A stretch of 64,000 bases of DNA from a virus (lineage: Duplodnaviria > Caudoviricetes), in IMG/VR virus record IMGVR_UViG_3300048880_000725, positions 57,519-121,518 of that record; one strand, given 5' to 3'. Below the pieces are notes generated by a model, which was not told where the DNA came from, searched no databases, and was given only the letters and a program-made list of their open reading frames with translations. Every line of letters starts with the position of its first letter. Position 1 is the stretch's first letter. The position numbers were made by a program, and so were the translations under genes. This document shows positions 9,917-21,700 of the stretch, piece by piece.

Positions 9917-11198
9917 TTCTGTTCTAAAGTATATTGCTGAAGAAAAAGATATTGCAAGGTACAAGATATCCTTGCTCAATAAAGGTTCAAAAAAGCAGTA
10001 TAAAGCCAGATTAATCTCCATAGAGAAAGACTTTGTGGAGTACACCTTTGAAAAGATTGGAGCAGAATCGATAGACGAGTTGCGTGCAGCTATGAGTCTC
10101 TTTCGGGCGGATAGACATTTGTTCTATGAGCAATATGAAAAAAAATCAGTAGAAAAGAATAGGATCGTTACAGATCTTCATATAGAACAGCTAAAAGATA
10201 AGTTAAACTTTTATAGAGCCAGATACAAAGACCTTCTAGATGTTGACATCAAAGAGGTAAATCTAATTCAAGACGCTTACATAAGAAGTTTGTCGAAGGT
10301 TAAGCCCGCAGAGCTTGAGTCTCATGGAATGGATTATATGCTAGAGGTGGAGGGCACGGCTCTTTCAAAGGCTAGGGCCAGGATTCAGGTCTTAGTATAT
10401 TGCCTGGCTAGGTTTATTCATGATAAAACCAAGGTTATATCAACAAGGATAGATGCTGGATTGACCCCGGCAGAATTTGATGAAGTTGGGGAATCTTTGT
10501 TAAACTTTTTTTCTGATATGCCACATTTATTATTTAAGCATTATAATGACGGAATTGAACAAGTTCCATTGCTTATTAACGGGACTCTTGGGCATAATAA
10601 TTTCATTTCAGCGACTTATCCTTTGTCTAATATTTTCGACAAACACCCTGGGACATATCGGATGGGCCGCCTTTTGGGGCAAGATAAAAGATTTTTTTAT
10701 AAACCGGGAGCATACATAAAGAAGCGATTTGTAAGTAGGGGCTTTGGTATGATGACTCCTATTAAAAGGATTGGAAATGAGTCTATAGAGCTTCTATATC
10801 TTGATATATGGTCCTCTGGAGGTATCAGGCTCACCGCTATTTTTGAATCAGATTTCTTTAATTATAATAATAATGGAACTTATTATAAAGCAATATCTGC
10901 CAAGCCTGTTTGGGAGTGGCAGATGCTTGTAGATAATCCATATTTGCAGAGAGAGCTTGCAACCCTGCTTGATTTAGACGAACCCTTAGCTGGTCATATA
11001 GATATAAATGATGAAAAAACTATATCTATGATAAATAATTCGGGCAAGAACTTTACACAGATAGGCACTTCAACCTCTAAGGTTATGGTGGCAGCAACTA
11101 GGTCTGAGTCCTCCCATATAAAGAAGGCCAGAGAATATGTGTTTGCGCTTGCCTCCTCAATAAGAGAGGAGTTCGAGATGACCTTTGGGTTGAGATAA
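9909..11198 (+). CDS. Hypothetical protein (429 aa)
   Basis: Long ORF overlapping the sigma gene; no motif recognised. Confidence 0.7.
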   Translation: MNDSVLKYIAEEKDIARYKISLLNKGSKKQYKARLISIEKDFVEYTFEKIGAESIDELRAAMSLFRADRHLFYEQYEKKSVEKNRIVTDLHIEQLKDKLNFYRARYKDLLDVDIKEVNLIQDAYIRSLSKVKPAELESHGMDYMLEVEGTALSKARARIQVLVYCLARFIHDKTKVISTRIDAGLTPAEFDEVGESLLNFFSDMPHLLFKHYNDGIEQVPLLINGTLGHNNFISATYPLSNIFDKHPGTYRMGRLLGQDKRFFYKPGAYIKKRFVSRGFGMMTPIKRIGNESIELLYLDIWSSGGIRLTAIFESDFFNYNNNGTYYKAISAKPVWEWQMLVDNPYLQRELATLLDLDEPLAGHIDINDEKTISMINNSGKNFTQIGTSTSKVMVAATRSESSHIKKAREYVFALASSIREEFEMTFGLR

Positions 11199-11242
11199 TA
11201 TATGCAGAATGATATTTTAATGCTTGTGGAAGGGAATTATAT

Positions 11243-11249
11243 TACTAAT
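11243..11249 (+). promoter_or_regulatory. TAYTAAT putative late promoter element
   Basis: TACTAAT upstream of the 2333-aa gene. Confidence 0.4.
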
Positions 11250-11330
11250 AAAAAGAATAGAGATGATTATAATTAAGCATTTTGTTGGGCAGTTATTTGT
11301 GTCGCAAGGTCTATATTTAAGGAAAGTAAG

Positions 11331-14300
11331 ATGAAGAAACAGAAAATTCAAGCAATCTTTGGAAAATTATCAATTGAAGAAGAAGCTCGTAGTGATTTTG
11401 TGGTTGTTTTGGGGGACATACATGGTCAGATTGGAGATGCTTTTCAAGTTGCTCGTGAACTCGCAAGTCAACAGGAAGATGAGGGTTCCTATGAGGACGA
11501 TGGCAGGGGCTGGAGTGAGGACGGCGACGACGATGACGATTGGGGGCAAGGCCCTACTGGTTTTGGGTCTGATTATGAGGACGATGACGACCGGGAGAGT
11601 TATGAAGAGGATGAGTCACAGACAAGTGGCGACACCGTAGAAGCTTTCGCGAAAGAGCTTATGACCTCTTTCGAATCATATTTTAATGAAGGCGGAGTTC
11701 TTGCGGCTGCACAATATTTGGAGGACGCTGTATCAGGCCTTTCTATCATTATAAATGAGCCGGAAGAAACTTTGGAGCTGGTTAATTTGTTTATACGCGA
11801 ATATGGCTTTAAAGATTTTTTTGAAGATGAATTTGATGATAATTTATTTTTTATAGATGATGATTGGAGCCAAGGTGAGCAGGAGGGCAGAGAAGAGAAG
11901 ATGCCCGCCCCTGTAGGGAGGCCTCTTCCCGAGCGGCTAGAGGTGGAACCACTTGCTGAGACCCATCCTTCTGACGCTATTTCGACAGAGATGTTTGAGG
12001 CAGTAAGCGGAAAATTTGCAGACAGACAAAGCAACTGGCCAACGGAGCCTGCCCGCATAAACCAGCCAAAGAGTAACCTTACTCCAGAGCAGGCTGCGTT
12101 TACAAGTGTAGACACAACCGATAAGTTCTTTGAGGCAGAAAATTCTGGTAACAATTACTCTGAAAGACTTAGGGCGGCACGAGGAGAGGATGCTCATATT
12201 ACTCCGTTGAATTTTCATCCTATTTTTAAAAGATTAGGAGACAAAGCTACAGGGTTGATTGTTGACGAGACAGTCGATCCTCCCACTGTTTCGGTTTCAT
12301 TGGATAAGATGACATCCATAAGGCAAGCGGTAGGCTTTGAGCTATACACACTTAGAGAGGCTGTGGCCAAGATGCAAGGCGGACTTCAAGCTGCAGCTAT
12401 TAAAGAAGAAGATAGAGATATTAGGGCTGCACTTATTTCCTATAATGAAGAAAGAAGACGCCTGTCGAATAGGGTAGATGACCTGCTTTCTGCAATTAAG
12501 AGAAGAGACGCCTTTATAACGGAGTTATTATATAGTGATTATAGGAAAAGGGGCTTTAAGGTAGACAAAGTCTTAAGGAGCAGAGAGACGCCAGAAGGGT
12601 ATGTCCTTTCTTCTGATTTTAGAGACGCAGAAAACAAAATGGCTACAGATTTAGCGCTCATATGCAGTACATTGGTCTTTGTAGACATACAAACACAAGT
12701 TTTTTATCTAGGAGAAAGCGAAGGTTCTAGTATTCCGGGGAAATTTAGAGATAATTATGAAAAGCTAAGTGAGACTTTTTTGGAAGTTTTTATGCATCAG
12801 CTGCATAATAAAATACAAACATTTTTTTCAAGAAGTGCCACGGGAGCTTGGGCCAGGTCTTCTTTTTGCAGTTGGGTGGCCAGAGGTCTTCAGCGGGCAA
12901 TATTGTGTCACCTTGCTTATAATAAGGTCTTTCAGGTAAAAACAAAACATTGGAATTATTCGTCATGCTCTGTTTGCGGAAAGAATATTTATACAAGAAC
13001 CGCCACTATAGGCCCAAAGGGTGGCGGGAGAAGGGGGACTGTAGAAAAAACAGATTATTCGGAATATGATGCTCCCTCATACAGCTTGTTCACAAAGAGG
13101 GAAGGCCTTATAACAGAAGATATGTTGAACCAAAAGGAGGGCGGATTTCCACCTCCAGAGGCTCATCCTGAATATGAGGGGGCCAAAACATGGACAGAGA
13201 TAAGCACGCTGATAAATTCGGGGTCTAAAGCTGACCATATAGAGGGAGTCATTAGGAGGTCAGAGGCTTTTCGACAACTTGGTGCTGCAAAAATTAACAA
13301 GACGGATAAGCCTGTGTCGACAAGGAAATATAAATGTCCTTATTCAGACAAGAGAGATAGGCCGGCAGAACTGGTTCAGGCCATAGAGTATGCGGAGAAG
13401 GGAGGCTCAAAGTGGCGTCCTAAAATTACAGACTTTGAGTGTGGCTTATACCTTGACCCAGGGCCTATAATAGCTTCTGGAGGAAATATTTCTCCTGAGT
13501 CTTTGCAGACACTCAGAGGGCCAACTGATGGATCTTCCAGGGAGACCTTTGAGGCTGCGTTAGATGCGGCAATAGCAGCTGACAAAAAAGATGAAGAAAA
13601 ATCAGATGAAGACAAATTAAATGCATCGGATAAAGACAGATTTATGTCTGAACTAGAAAGGAGATCCGGCGGCGGCTGGAAGTTTTCTAATAAATTTTTT
13701 AATTGCCCAACAAAGATCGATATCCTGCCGGAAATGCTTCCCGAGGATCGCGCAAATCCCGGTAAGGCTAATGCTGCCATTAAGAATCAGGGATATCTGT
13801 CTAAGTACTCTTATTTAGCAAGCCCTATATCGGGCCCAATATCTGCGGAATCAACGGTGTACGGTGATGATGGGCAGGTTGATACAGCAAGGTCCAGGGT
13901 ATATCCTCCTGTAGGTGAAGATGGACAGTTTGCGGAACTTACAGAGGGAACTCTAACATATTTGGTGTGCGGAGCAAAGACTAGTTTGTCTTCATTTCTA
14001 AGGGACGGCGAAGGTTCTTTACCGGCCATCATAAAGACGCTTACGGATAAAGCGGTTCTTTTTAATGATGAAAGAGGATCTCAGGGTGCGGAAACACTTA
14101 AGGCTTTAGTGGAAACTCTTATAGACCTTGGGGTTGATCTTAGTGATATTCTTCCCTTCATAAAAGATCCGACCAAATCTCCCTTAGAGGCCATAGAGCC
14201 TATTGCGGATGATATTGCCTCTGAAATGGGCAAGCCCAACCCCGATACTCTGGCGGTTTTGGAAAATTATGGTAGGCTAAGCAAGATATCTCAATTGTTA

Positions 14301-17300
14301 TCTGTAGCTATGGCCTCTCCTGCAAACTTATCCAAAAGAGTTAGGGGGACAAATATGAATCGACTGGATGTCCTTGGGGACATAAAGCTTGTTTGTCATC
14401 ACGGCCATGTATTCTCTCTGAGAGATTCTGTTTATTTCGCAAGAACTCATACTGGAATAAATTTTAATAATCGAAGCACTTTTGCATATGATCGAAAGAG
14501 CATTATAGCATCTGGAGTATTGCTTACAGAGGGTGATGATAATTTCGAAAATACTTTTAAAAATCTTAAAGACAAACATAATAGGGCATTTATTTCTGCA
14601 ACAAATGAGAGCGAACTGATAGGCTCAGAATCTAATAAAAAATATTTATATGATGAGTGGAAGCGAAAGAACCACGATCTTGAGAAGGGCAAGAAATTAA
14701 AGAGAACTATGTTTAGGGGCCCAGGCGGCGATTATTACGGATTTTATGCGACTCCCAAAGACTTTATATGGGGTTCGGAAGAGGGCTATGAGTTTAGCTC
14801 TGCTAGAGAAAAAGAGTCTGCAGATGGTGCTACGCGAACTTATTTAGAATCAACGGAGGCGTTTACAGGCATGGGAGCCAAAGATTCCGATGGTAAATAC
14901 ATAAGTCATGATGCCGAAGGAACTGTGTCTCATAACAACTGGAAAGATGGGCTAAATGAAGATGATCTAACGGGGGCTAACACAAAACTTCTGGCCGAGC
15001 GTGGACAGGCAGGAATGATTCAGGCTACGGCAGTTGTTGGAAAGTTTTTGCGCTCATTTTTACTGAGCATGCAAGGCTGGCTGAAGCTAGCAACAACGCT
15101 GGAGATACATGGATCCATGATAGGAAGTCCTGATGCGATAAGCCTTGAGGATGATGCCGAAAGCTCCTTTGGTTCGATAGCTAGAGATAGGTCTAAGCGT
15201 GCGATAGAGGCCATTATAAGGCAGGTAGAGATAGAGGAAGAAGACGAGTTGTCAGCAGAGGCAGAGACACTTCTTGGGCAGTCTTTTTCTCATTTTGCAG
15301 AAGTGTATTTAAGTCAACTGCAATCTGTTGACAAAAGAATGCTATATCATTCACCGGAGATTGTGAGGGAGTTTTTAGCAGTTGGTTTGACAAAGTCTAT
15401 CCTTCAATCTATTCCGAGAGCTTATGGAGAGCAAGCGGGTGAGGTGATGAGCATTTTCCGGAAAGAATTAACAGAAGGTGGGGCAGTAAACTACGCCGCC
15501 TTATTTGAAAAGACAGGGCCCAGAGGGCCGTCAGCAGGTTTCCTTATAAACGAGATAATAGAAAGCCTCAGACCTCCTGCTCTTAGCGAGCTAGATAGAA
15601 CCAGGGTTTTGATGGATCCATTGGCCATAGGAAAAGGCGACGTTTGGTATGAGGAGGGCAAGCCAACTGGCACAAAAGAAGGTATCTCGAATTTAGTTGC
15701 TAAAATGAAGGGCAAAGAATATATGGGAAGAACCCTAGAGGGTGCCTCTGCTATATATATAGCAGATGTTGTGTCTAACGCTTACAACCTATATATGAGA
15801 GACGATGAGTCACCTTCATATATAGGGTATAATATAGGGCTTGACTTATCAACTTATGAAAAGGTGTTAAGCCTTACTCATGACGATTTAAATAAAATTG
15901 CTATTGGAATAAGCCCGAATGAGTATGCCGAGAAATATGAAAAGCCAGCGAATAGGGAGGCCTTTTACGACAAGAATCTTGCTGCCATTACAGAGTGCTC
16001 TGAGGCTCTTCAGGCGGCAATCTTCTCTCTGAGGACGGCCTGTACCTCTGCTAAGTATATGAAGAAATCAACAGAATATATAACGGGATTTCTATCAGAT
16101 ATAGTAGATGAGGTTAGCGAGCATGAAGACCCCGAGGCTGTTAAGAGGGCTAGATTAATTATAGATAATATTATGACAAACAGCCCCTTCACTACAATAA
16201 GTTTAAATTCTGATGGAAAATATAGAAAGTATCATGGAGGGCCAGACGCCGTTGATGCGGAGAGTATTCTTCCGTCTTTCGGAGGAGTGCTGGTCAGATT
16301 AAACTCTGACAAGCAGGGGGCGATATATCCAATTTACAAGCTCCTTGATGACAAGGGAACATATCATTCGTTTGATATAGATATTGAATTCCCAGTTGTC
16401 CAGGGGAGCTCTGGGGAGTGTTATGTGCTCTCAAGAGAAGATTTGCCAGGTTCAACTGAGGCTCTTGACTTAAACGAGGCTCTTCCGAGCGCGTACAGAG
16501 AGAATGGGTGGAGAGTATTTTCTGTTACTATGGGCCGTGGCCCAACTGAATATTCTGATTTTACAGGAGTAACAGGGTCTGCTAATTCGAATAAAGGTTG
16601 GATGGAAGGAATCAGCCTGGCCTATCACCCTGGGACATCTAGTGTTCGGGGAGAGCATGAAAAAATTATCGGTTATAGCAATGATGAGCTTGGGCTAAAT
16701 TCATCAGAGACATTATTTATCGGGCCATTAATGACTAGAAGAGGAGGCGAGATGGCCTTTCCTCCAGATCCATATAGCCAAAGCAATATTGGGGTCCCAA
16801 TCCCAATTGATTTTAAGGGGGCCGATATAACGTCATCAAGGCCAGTCTTTCCAATCGTGGGGACTAGAATTCCAGTTGAAATAAACTCCAGTGAGTCTGA
16901 CGCGCCAGTGAGCATAGATGTGTCTAGCTTTCTGCAAAGAGATCCTCCCAAAGAAGCCTTGAGGATTCTTTTGCGAATAGAAGAGCTTTATGGGGCATAT
17001 AAGAAAAAGCTGTTAGAGGTCGAGGCGAATTTGGCTTTATCGATAGAGAAGAAAATCCCGAAGGCTGAAGCTTATTACTCTCAATATCGAGAGGATATGG
17101 AAGCTCAGTATAAAGATGTAATATCTAGCCTTCACTCTACTTATAGGGGGTTGCCTTTAAATGTTGCATCAGGAAATATTTCTACAGTAAAAGCTCGTGG
17201 AAGTATTGGTATACACAGCAATCTTGAGGGCAGCGCAGAAAGGCTTAGGCCAAGAAGCTCTTTGTACTTACCTCTTGTCGATTGGGTAACTATGCATAGG

Positions 17301-18332
17301 ATGATATCCTCGGAGGCCTTCGGTCCAGAGTGGGGAGGACATCAGTTGTGGCCCAAGGGGGACGATGAGCTTAAGAATAGAAGAAAAGAAGCTATAGAAG
17401 AGTTTTTGATAAAGACTCATAGTTTAGACACACTAGCTGAGCAAATAGGCTTGAAACTTGATAAGGTTAACTCGCGACAACGAGGTTCCACAATAGTAGA
17501 CCCACTTGATCTTCTAGATCCTATAAAAAGGCTTATTGGAAGTGGGATTGTTGCTGGAAAAAATATTAGAGAAGTATTTGGCCAGACTACAGAGGCCGCA
17601 CTGACGGAAGTAGGGGACTTTGGCCTGGCGTGGGTCGGCCTGGTAGAGAAGCTTTCCGGAGAGGATTGGGTCATAAAGAAGGCGAATGAAGAGTCGATAA
17701 AGAAAAATAAAAAAATTACGCCAGCAGAAGTGGCGGCCACGATTATAGAGACGAGAAAGAAAAATGTTGGGAAGGCAATGCTTGATAGATTTCCTTTATG
17801 GGTAAAGGGCTCGGGATCATTTTATCCCGTAGGCTCTACTCCTATAGAAGATCCTGTGTCTGAGCAGCCATCTGCTTATATAAAGATTATGAATGTAGTT
17901 TTTCCGTCGAATAAAGCTGGTAAAGATGGGATTAGCCCAAGAGAGAGGCTGGACAGGGCTAGGGACCCAAATAGTCCAGACATTCTTTCTATTGATGATC
18001 ATTATTCACATGCGATAATATCCGGTGTTCAAAATGAACCTTCTCCTGCTTATTTTCCATTACCAGAAGACGAGGCAGGCTTGAAGAAATATAAAAAAGC
18101 GTTAAAGAAGGTTTCTCATATTTCTGTTGCTAGATATGCAGAGGCTATAAGCGAATACCTTGCCAATTTTGTTAAGCGTGATTTAAAGCCGCCCCTGGAG
18201 GATTCCTCCAAGGAAGCGGTATCAAGCTTTGGTCTGGTGAAATTTTCTGAAAAAAGAAATGCCAACATGTATTATGGGGGTATAATCAACGACGAGGGGC
18301 TACTTGCCCTTTGGAATCTCATAAATAAATAA
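11331..18332 (+). CDS. Very large hypothetical protein (2333 aa) with acidic N-terminus and several Cys/His clusters
   Basis: Uninterrupted 7-kb ORF; CSVC, KCP..ECG, NCP..VCG and CHHGH motifs. Confidence 0.8.
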   Translation: MKKQKIQAIFGKLSIEEEARSDFVVVLGDIHGQIGDAFQVARELASQQEDEGSYEDDGRGWSEDGDDDDDWGQGPTGFGSDYEDDDDRESYEEDESQTSGDTVEAFAKELMTSFESYFNEGGVLAAAQYLEDAVSGLSIIINEPEETLELVNLFIREYGFKDFFEDEFDDNLFFIDDDWSQGEQEGREEKMPAPVGRPLPERLEVEPLAETHPSDAISTEMFEAVSGKFADRQSNWPTEPARINQPKSNLTPEQAAFTSVDTTDKFFEAENSGNNYSERLRAARGEDAHITPLNFHPIFKRLGDKATGLIVDETVDPPTVSVSLDKMTSIRQAVGFELYTLREAVAKMQGGLQAAAIKEEDRDIRAALISYNEERRRLSNRVDDLLSAIKRRDAFITELLYSDYRKRGFKVDKVLRSRETPEGYVLSSDFRDAENKMATDLALICSTLVFVDIQTQVFYLGESEGSSIPGKFRDNYEKLSETFLEVFMHQLHNKIQTFFSRSATGAWARSSFCSWVARGLQRAILCHLAYNKVFQVKTKHWNYSSCSVCGKNIYTRTATIGPKGGGRRGTVEKTDYSEYDAPSYSLFTKREGLITEDMLNQKEGGFPPPEAHPEYEGAKTWTEISTLINSGSKADHIEGVIRRSEAFRQLGAAKINKTDKPVSTRKYKCPYSDKRDRPAELVQAIEYAEKGGSKWRPKITDFECGLYLDPGPIIASGGNISPESLQTLRGPTDGSSRETFEAALDAAIAADKKDEEKSDEDKLNASDKDRFMSELERRSGGGWKFSNKFFNCPTKIDILPEMLPEDRANPGKANAAIKNQGYLSKYSYLASPISGPISAESTVYGDDGQVDTARSRVYPPVGEDGQFAELTEGTLTYLVCGAKTSLSSFLRDGEGSLPAIIKTLTDKAVLFNDERGSQGAETLKALVETLIDLGVDLSDILPFIKDPTKSPLEAIEPIADDIASEMGKPNPDTLAVLENYGRLSKISQLLSVAMASPANLSKRVRGTNMNRLDVLGDIKLVCHHGHVFSLRDSVYFARTHTGINFNNRSTFAYDRKSIIASGVLLTEGDDNFENTFKNLKDKHNRAFISATNESELIGSESNKKYLYDEWKRKNHDLEKGKKLKRTMFRGPGGDYYGFYATPKDFIWGSEEGYEFSSAREKESADGATRTYLESTEAFTGMGAKDSDGKYISHDAEGTVSHNNWKDGLNEDDLTGANTKLLAERGQAGMIQATAVVGKFLRSFLLSMQGWLKLATTLEIHGSMIGSPDAISLEDDAESSFGSIARDRSKRAIEAIIRQVEIEEEDELSAEAETLLGQSFSHFAEVYLSQLQSVDKRMLYHSPEIVREFLAVGLTKSILQSIPRAYGEQAGEVMSIFRKELTEGGAVNYAALFEKTGPRGPSAGFLINEIIESLRPPALSELDRTRVLMDPLAIGKGDVWYEEGKPTGTKEGISNLVAKMKGKEYMGRTLEGASAIYIADVVSNAYNLYMRDDESPSYIGYNIGLDLSTYEKVLSLTHDDLNKIAIGISPNEYAEKYEKPANREAFYDKNLAAITECSEALQAAIFSLRTACTSAKYMKKSTEYITGFLSDIVDEVSEHEDPEAVKRARLIIDNIMTNSPFTTISLNSDGKYRKYHGGPDAVDAESILPSFGGVLVRLNSDKQGAIYPIYKLLDDKGTYHSFDIDIEFPVVQGSSGECYVLSREDLPGSTEALDLNEALPSAYRENGWRVFSVTMGRGPTEYSDFTGVTGSANSNKGWMEGISLAYHPGTSSVRGEHEKIIGYSNDELGLNSSETLFIGPLMTRRGGEMAFPPDPYSQSNIGVPIPIDFKGADITSSRPVFPIVGTRIPVEINSSESDAPVSIDVSSFLQRDPPKEALRILLRIEELYGAYKKKLLEVEANLALSIEKKIPKAEAYYSQYREDMEAQYKDVISSLHSTYRGLPLNVASGNISTVKARGSIGIHSNLEGSAERLRPRSSLYLPLVDWVTMHRMISSEAFGPEWGGHQLWPKGDDELKNRRKEAIEEFLIKTHSLDTLAEQIGLKLDKVNSRQRGSTIVDPLDLLDPIKRLIGSGIVAGKNIREVFGQTTEAALTEVGDFGLAWVGLVEKLSGEDWVIKKANEESIKKNKKITPAEVAATIIETRKKNVGKAMLDRFPLWVKGSGSFYPVGSTPIEDPVSEQPSAYIKIMNVVFPSNKAGKDGISPRERLDRARDPNSPDILSIDDHYSHAIISGVQNEPSPAYFPLPEDEAGLKKYKKALKKVSHISVARYAEAISEYLANFVKRDLKPPLEDSSKEAVSSFGLVKFSEKRNANMYYGGIINDEGLLALWNLINK

Positions 18333-18359
18333 ATAATAGACGACACAAAAGGAGTTGCT

Positions 18360-18650
18360 ATGAGTATCGTAAGAATTTTTGACGAAAGTGAAACCGAATC
18401 CCAGGACGACCAAGATGCTTCTTGGTGCATGAATGACGTAAAAGAGTACGTTAAGACGTATATGGTTTATGACTTGCAGATAAAGGACCTTCAGGAGTCC
18501 AGAAGAGAGTGGTCTGCAGACGTTATTAAGGCAAAGAACCTTCCAAAGAAAGAGTTGACTCAAGCTCTTTCTGCTGCGAAGAAAGAGCTTGATATGGAAG
18601 TTGTGAATGATATATATGAGAACATATCAGGTATTTGTTGCCCTGAATAA
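18360..18650 (+). CDS. Small helical protein, possibly a GapR/T4 DsbA-like DNA-binding protein
   Basis: AGGAG SD; amphipathic helical pattern only weakly resembles DUF2312. Confidence 0.45.
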   Translation: MSIVRIFDESETESQDDQDASWCMNDVKEYVKTYMVYDLQIKDLQESRREWSADVIKAKNLPKKELTQALSAAKKELDMEVVNDIYENISGICCPE

Positions 18651-18725
18651 GCTGGTGCTGTTAGCTCGCTGGGCTTGGCCTTTATAGATAGTTATAGATT
18701 TAGTAAAATTGTATTAGGAGAATAA

Positions 18726-21700
18726 ATGAGCAAGGGCATGTTCGTATCGTTGCATAATCATACAGAGTTAGGTTCACCACTAGACGGCATGAATGATACC
18801 TATGATCTCTTTAAGAGAGCGAAAGAGGTTGATCATCCGGCGGTAGCGGTTACTGATCACGGAACTTTAACTGCTCTTTATGATGCCTATCTTGCTAGTC
18901 AGCAGACTGGGGTCAAGTTGATTCCAGGTATGGAGGCTTATTTTGCAGATGATCTTAGTACGAGAAAAAATTATCATTTAGTATTATTGGCTCAGAATGA
19001 GATAGGTTATAGAAATATTCTGAATATAAATTATTCAGCATTTCAAAACCAAGTCTCTGGATACATGGGAAAGAAGACCCCTCGGGTATCGTGGGAGCAT
19101 ATAGAGAAGTATAATGAGGGTGTTATCGCACTCACTGCATGTTCAAATGGTTTGATAGCAAAGACTCTTATAACAGATAATGATGAAGAGAAGGCTATCT
19201 GCCATATTAAGCGAATGAACGCTATTTTTAAAGATAGGTTCTTTTTGGAATTGCAGCCTCATGCTTTGTACGATGTATCTAAAAGCGGCAAAGAAGTGAA
19301 CCAGCAGAGGCTCAATGAGTCGCTGTTAAGATTATCTGCTGATATGGGGATTCCTTATGTCATCACTTGTGACGCCCACTATAGGGATAAGGAGCATGCA
19401 AAATATCATGACTTCATGTTAGCAATAAAAGATAAGAAGGCAGTGGACGATCCTGATAGATTTAGGTATGGCGTACAAGATATGTACCTAAAGACGCATG
19501 AAGAGATTACGGATTTCTTTGGAAGAGAAATCGCTGAAGTTGGAATGAAAAATTCTTTACGAATTACGGAGTCTTGCAGTGAGCCTCACTATATAAAGCC
19601 ACAGGGAGTAAAACTTCCTTCTTTTGCAGCATCGCTGGAGTCAGACTATGACGAGTTTTCAGAGTGGAAGGAAAAGACTCGCTCTACTATTTCCGAAGAT
19701 AAGTCGTATCTTCGATACAAGTGTATAGAGGGCTTTAAGGAAAAGCTCTCACATCTTCCGAAGGAAGAGCGTGAGGAGTATTGGGACAGAGTTAAGATGG
19801 AGCTAGGTGTTCTTGAGGATAAGAATTTTTCCTCATATATGTTGATAGTTGCAGATTATGTAAATTGGGCAAAAGATAGAATGCCAGTAGGTCCCGCCAG
19901 AGGTAGCTCGGCAGGATCTCTTGTTGCCTACTTAACTGGAATTACAGATATTGATCCAATTAAATATGAGCTAATTTTTGAAAGGTTCCACAATAACAAG
20001 AAGGAGTCTTTCCCCGATATAGATACAGACTTTTCAGACCCAGGCTTAGTCAAAGAATATATTAAGGATAAGTATGGAGAGGATAGGGTGGCGTCTATCT
20101 CAAATTGGAGCACCTTATCTCCAAAGGTTATAATAAAAGATGTAGCAAGAAGCCTTAGGCTAGGCGGAGATAAATCTTCTGCGTTTAAGATTGCAAATAA
20201 GATAACATCTATGATGCCTGATGCTAAAAACTTAGCCTCTGCTATGAGAGATAGTGCTCAGTTTTCTGAGTATATGAGAAAGTATCCGGATTTATTAGAA
20301 TATGGAGAAAAGCTTCAGAATTTAACTAGAAATTGGTCGGTTCATGCGGCAGGGGTTGTTATCGGGAGTGAGCCTCTTAATGATTCTATTCCACTCAGAA
20401 TAGATGATGAGGGCCATGTCGTAACTCAGTGGGAAAAAACAAGATGCGAAGATAATGGTCTGATCAAGATGGACTTGTTAGGCCTAAAGACGTTGACAGT
20501 TATTGACAATACCTTTAAGCTAATAGAGGAGACTTCGGGTAAGAAGCTTTCTATAGAAGATATAGATTTAGGCGATAAGGACACATATAGAATGTTAGGA
20601 AGAGGGAATACCTCAGGGGTGTTTCAGCTGGAGTCATCCTTAACTCCATTCTGTGTAAAGCTTAAGCCGTCTTCTATTGAGGATATAAGCGCAATCAATG
20701 CTATAGGCAGGCCATCTTGTTTGCCTGCAGAGAGAAGGCGTTACGCCAAAAGAAGGTTGGGACTAGAGGCTGTAATTTATGACCACCCCTCTCTGGAGAG
20801 GGCTCTGAAGAAGACCTATGGAGTCTTAGTGTATGAGGAGCAAGCATTATTTATTGCTCAGGATTGCGCTGGTTGGGATTTGAATCAGGCAGATGCGCTT
20901 AGAAAGATCAGCAAGCTTAAGGGCAAAGATCCTAAGCTCGTCTTGAGAACAGAGGCTGCATTCACAAGGGATTGTATGGCTTATTCTGAAATGACATATG
21001 AGAAGGCTAGTTTGATCTGGAAAAAGTATATCGAACCACTTGGAGGATATGCATTCAATAAGTCTCATTCTATATCTTATTCTCATATATCATTTTATAC
21101 GGCTTGGTTAAGGTGTCACTATAAGACCCAATTCATGTGTGCTCTTCTTAATTCTGAAGATGCAAATAGTGATAAGGCACAAGAGTATTTGGCCGAATGT
21201 AAAAAGATGGGGATAAAGGTATCTCCTCCTCATATAAATAACAGCTCAGGGCAATATTGTGTGCTCAAAGATGGAGAGATATCTACTGGTCTTTCTGCAG
21301 TAAAGGGTGTTGGGGAAAAGGCTATTTGTAGTATAGTAAGTATGCAGCCATACAGCGACTTTGCTGCACTTTTAACTAGAAATCAATCTAAAACCGTGGG
21401 AAAAACTGTAATTCAATCATTAGTCAAGGCTGGAGCGTTAGATTGTTTTGATAGAACTCGCATGGATATGCATGATAACTATCAAAAATATAGGTCCAAG
21501 GCAAGGGGGGTTATAAAGAAGGCCACAGAAGCAATCGCCATATCTCATAATGCTGCTTTTAAGGATCTGGCCAAAGATGAGAGGGCAGAACTTATGAGCG
21601 AGCACGCTATAGACGTATCTTCAGATGAATTTTGTGAGATTATATCGGCAATAGATTTTGGGACCCCTGAAGAAGAGTGGGATAGAAAAGAGATCCTTCT

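Noticed and set aside
11331-18332. Virion RNA polymerase or tape-measure call
   Set aside because: No DxDGD or T7/N4-type catalytic motif and no tape-measure periodicity recognised
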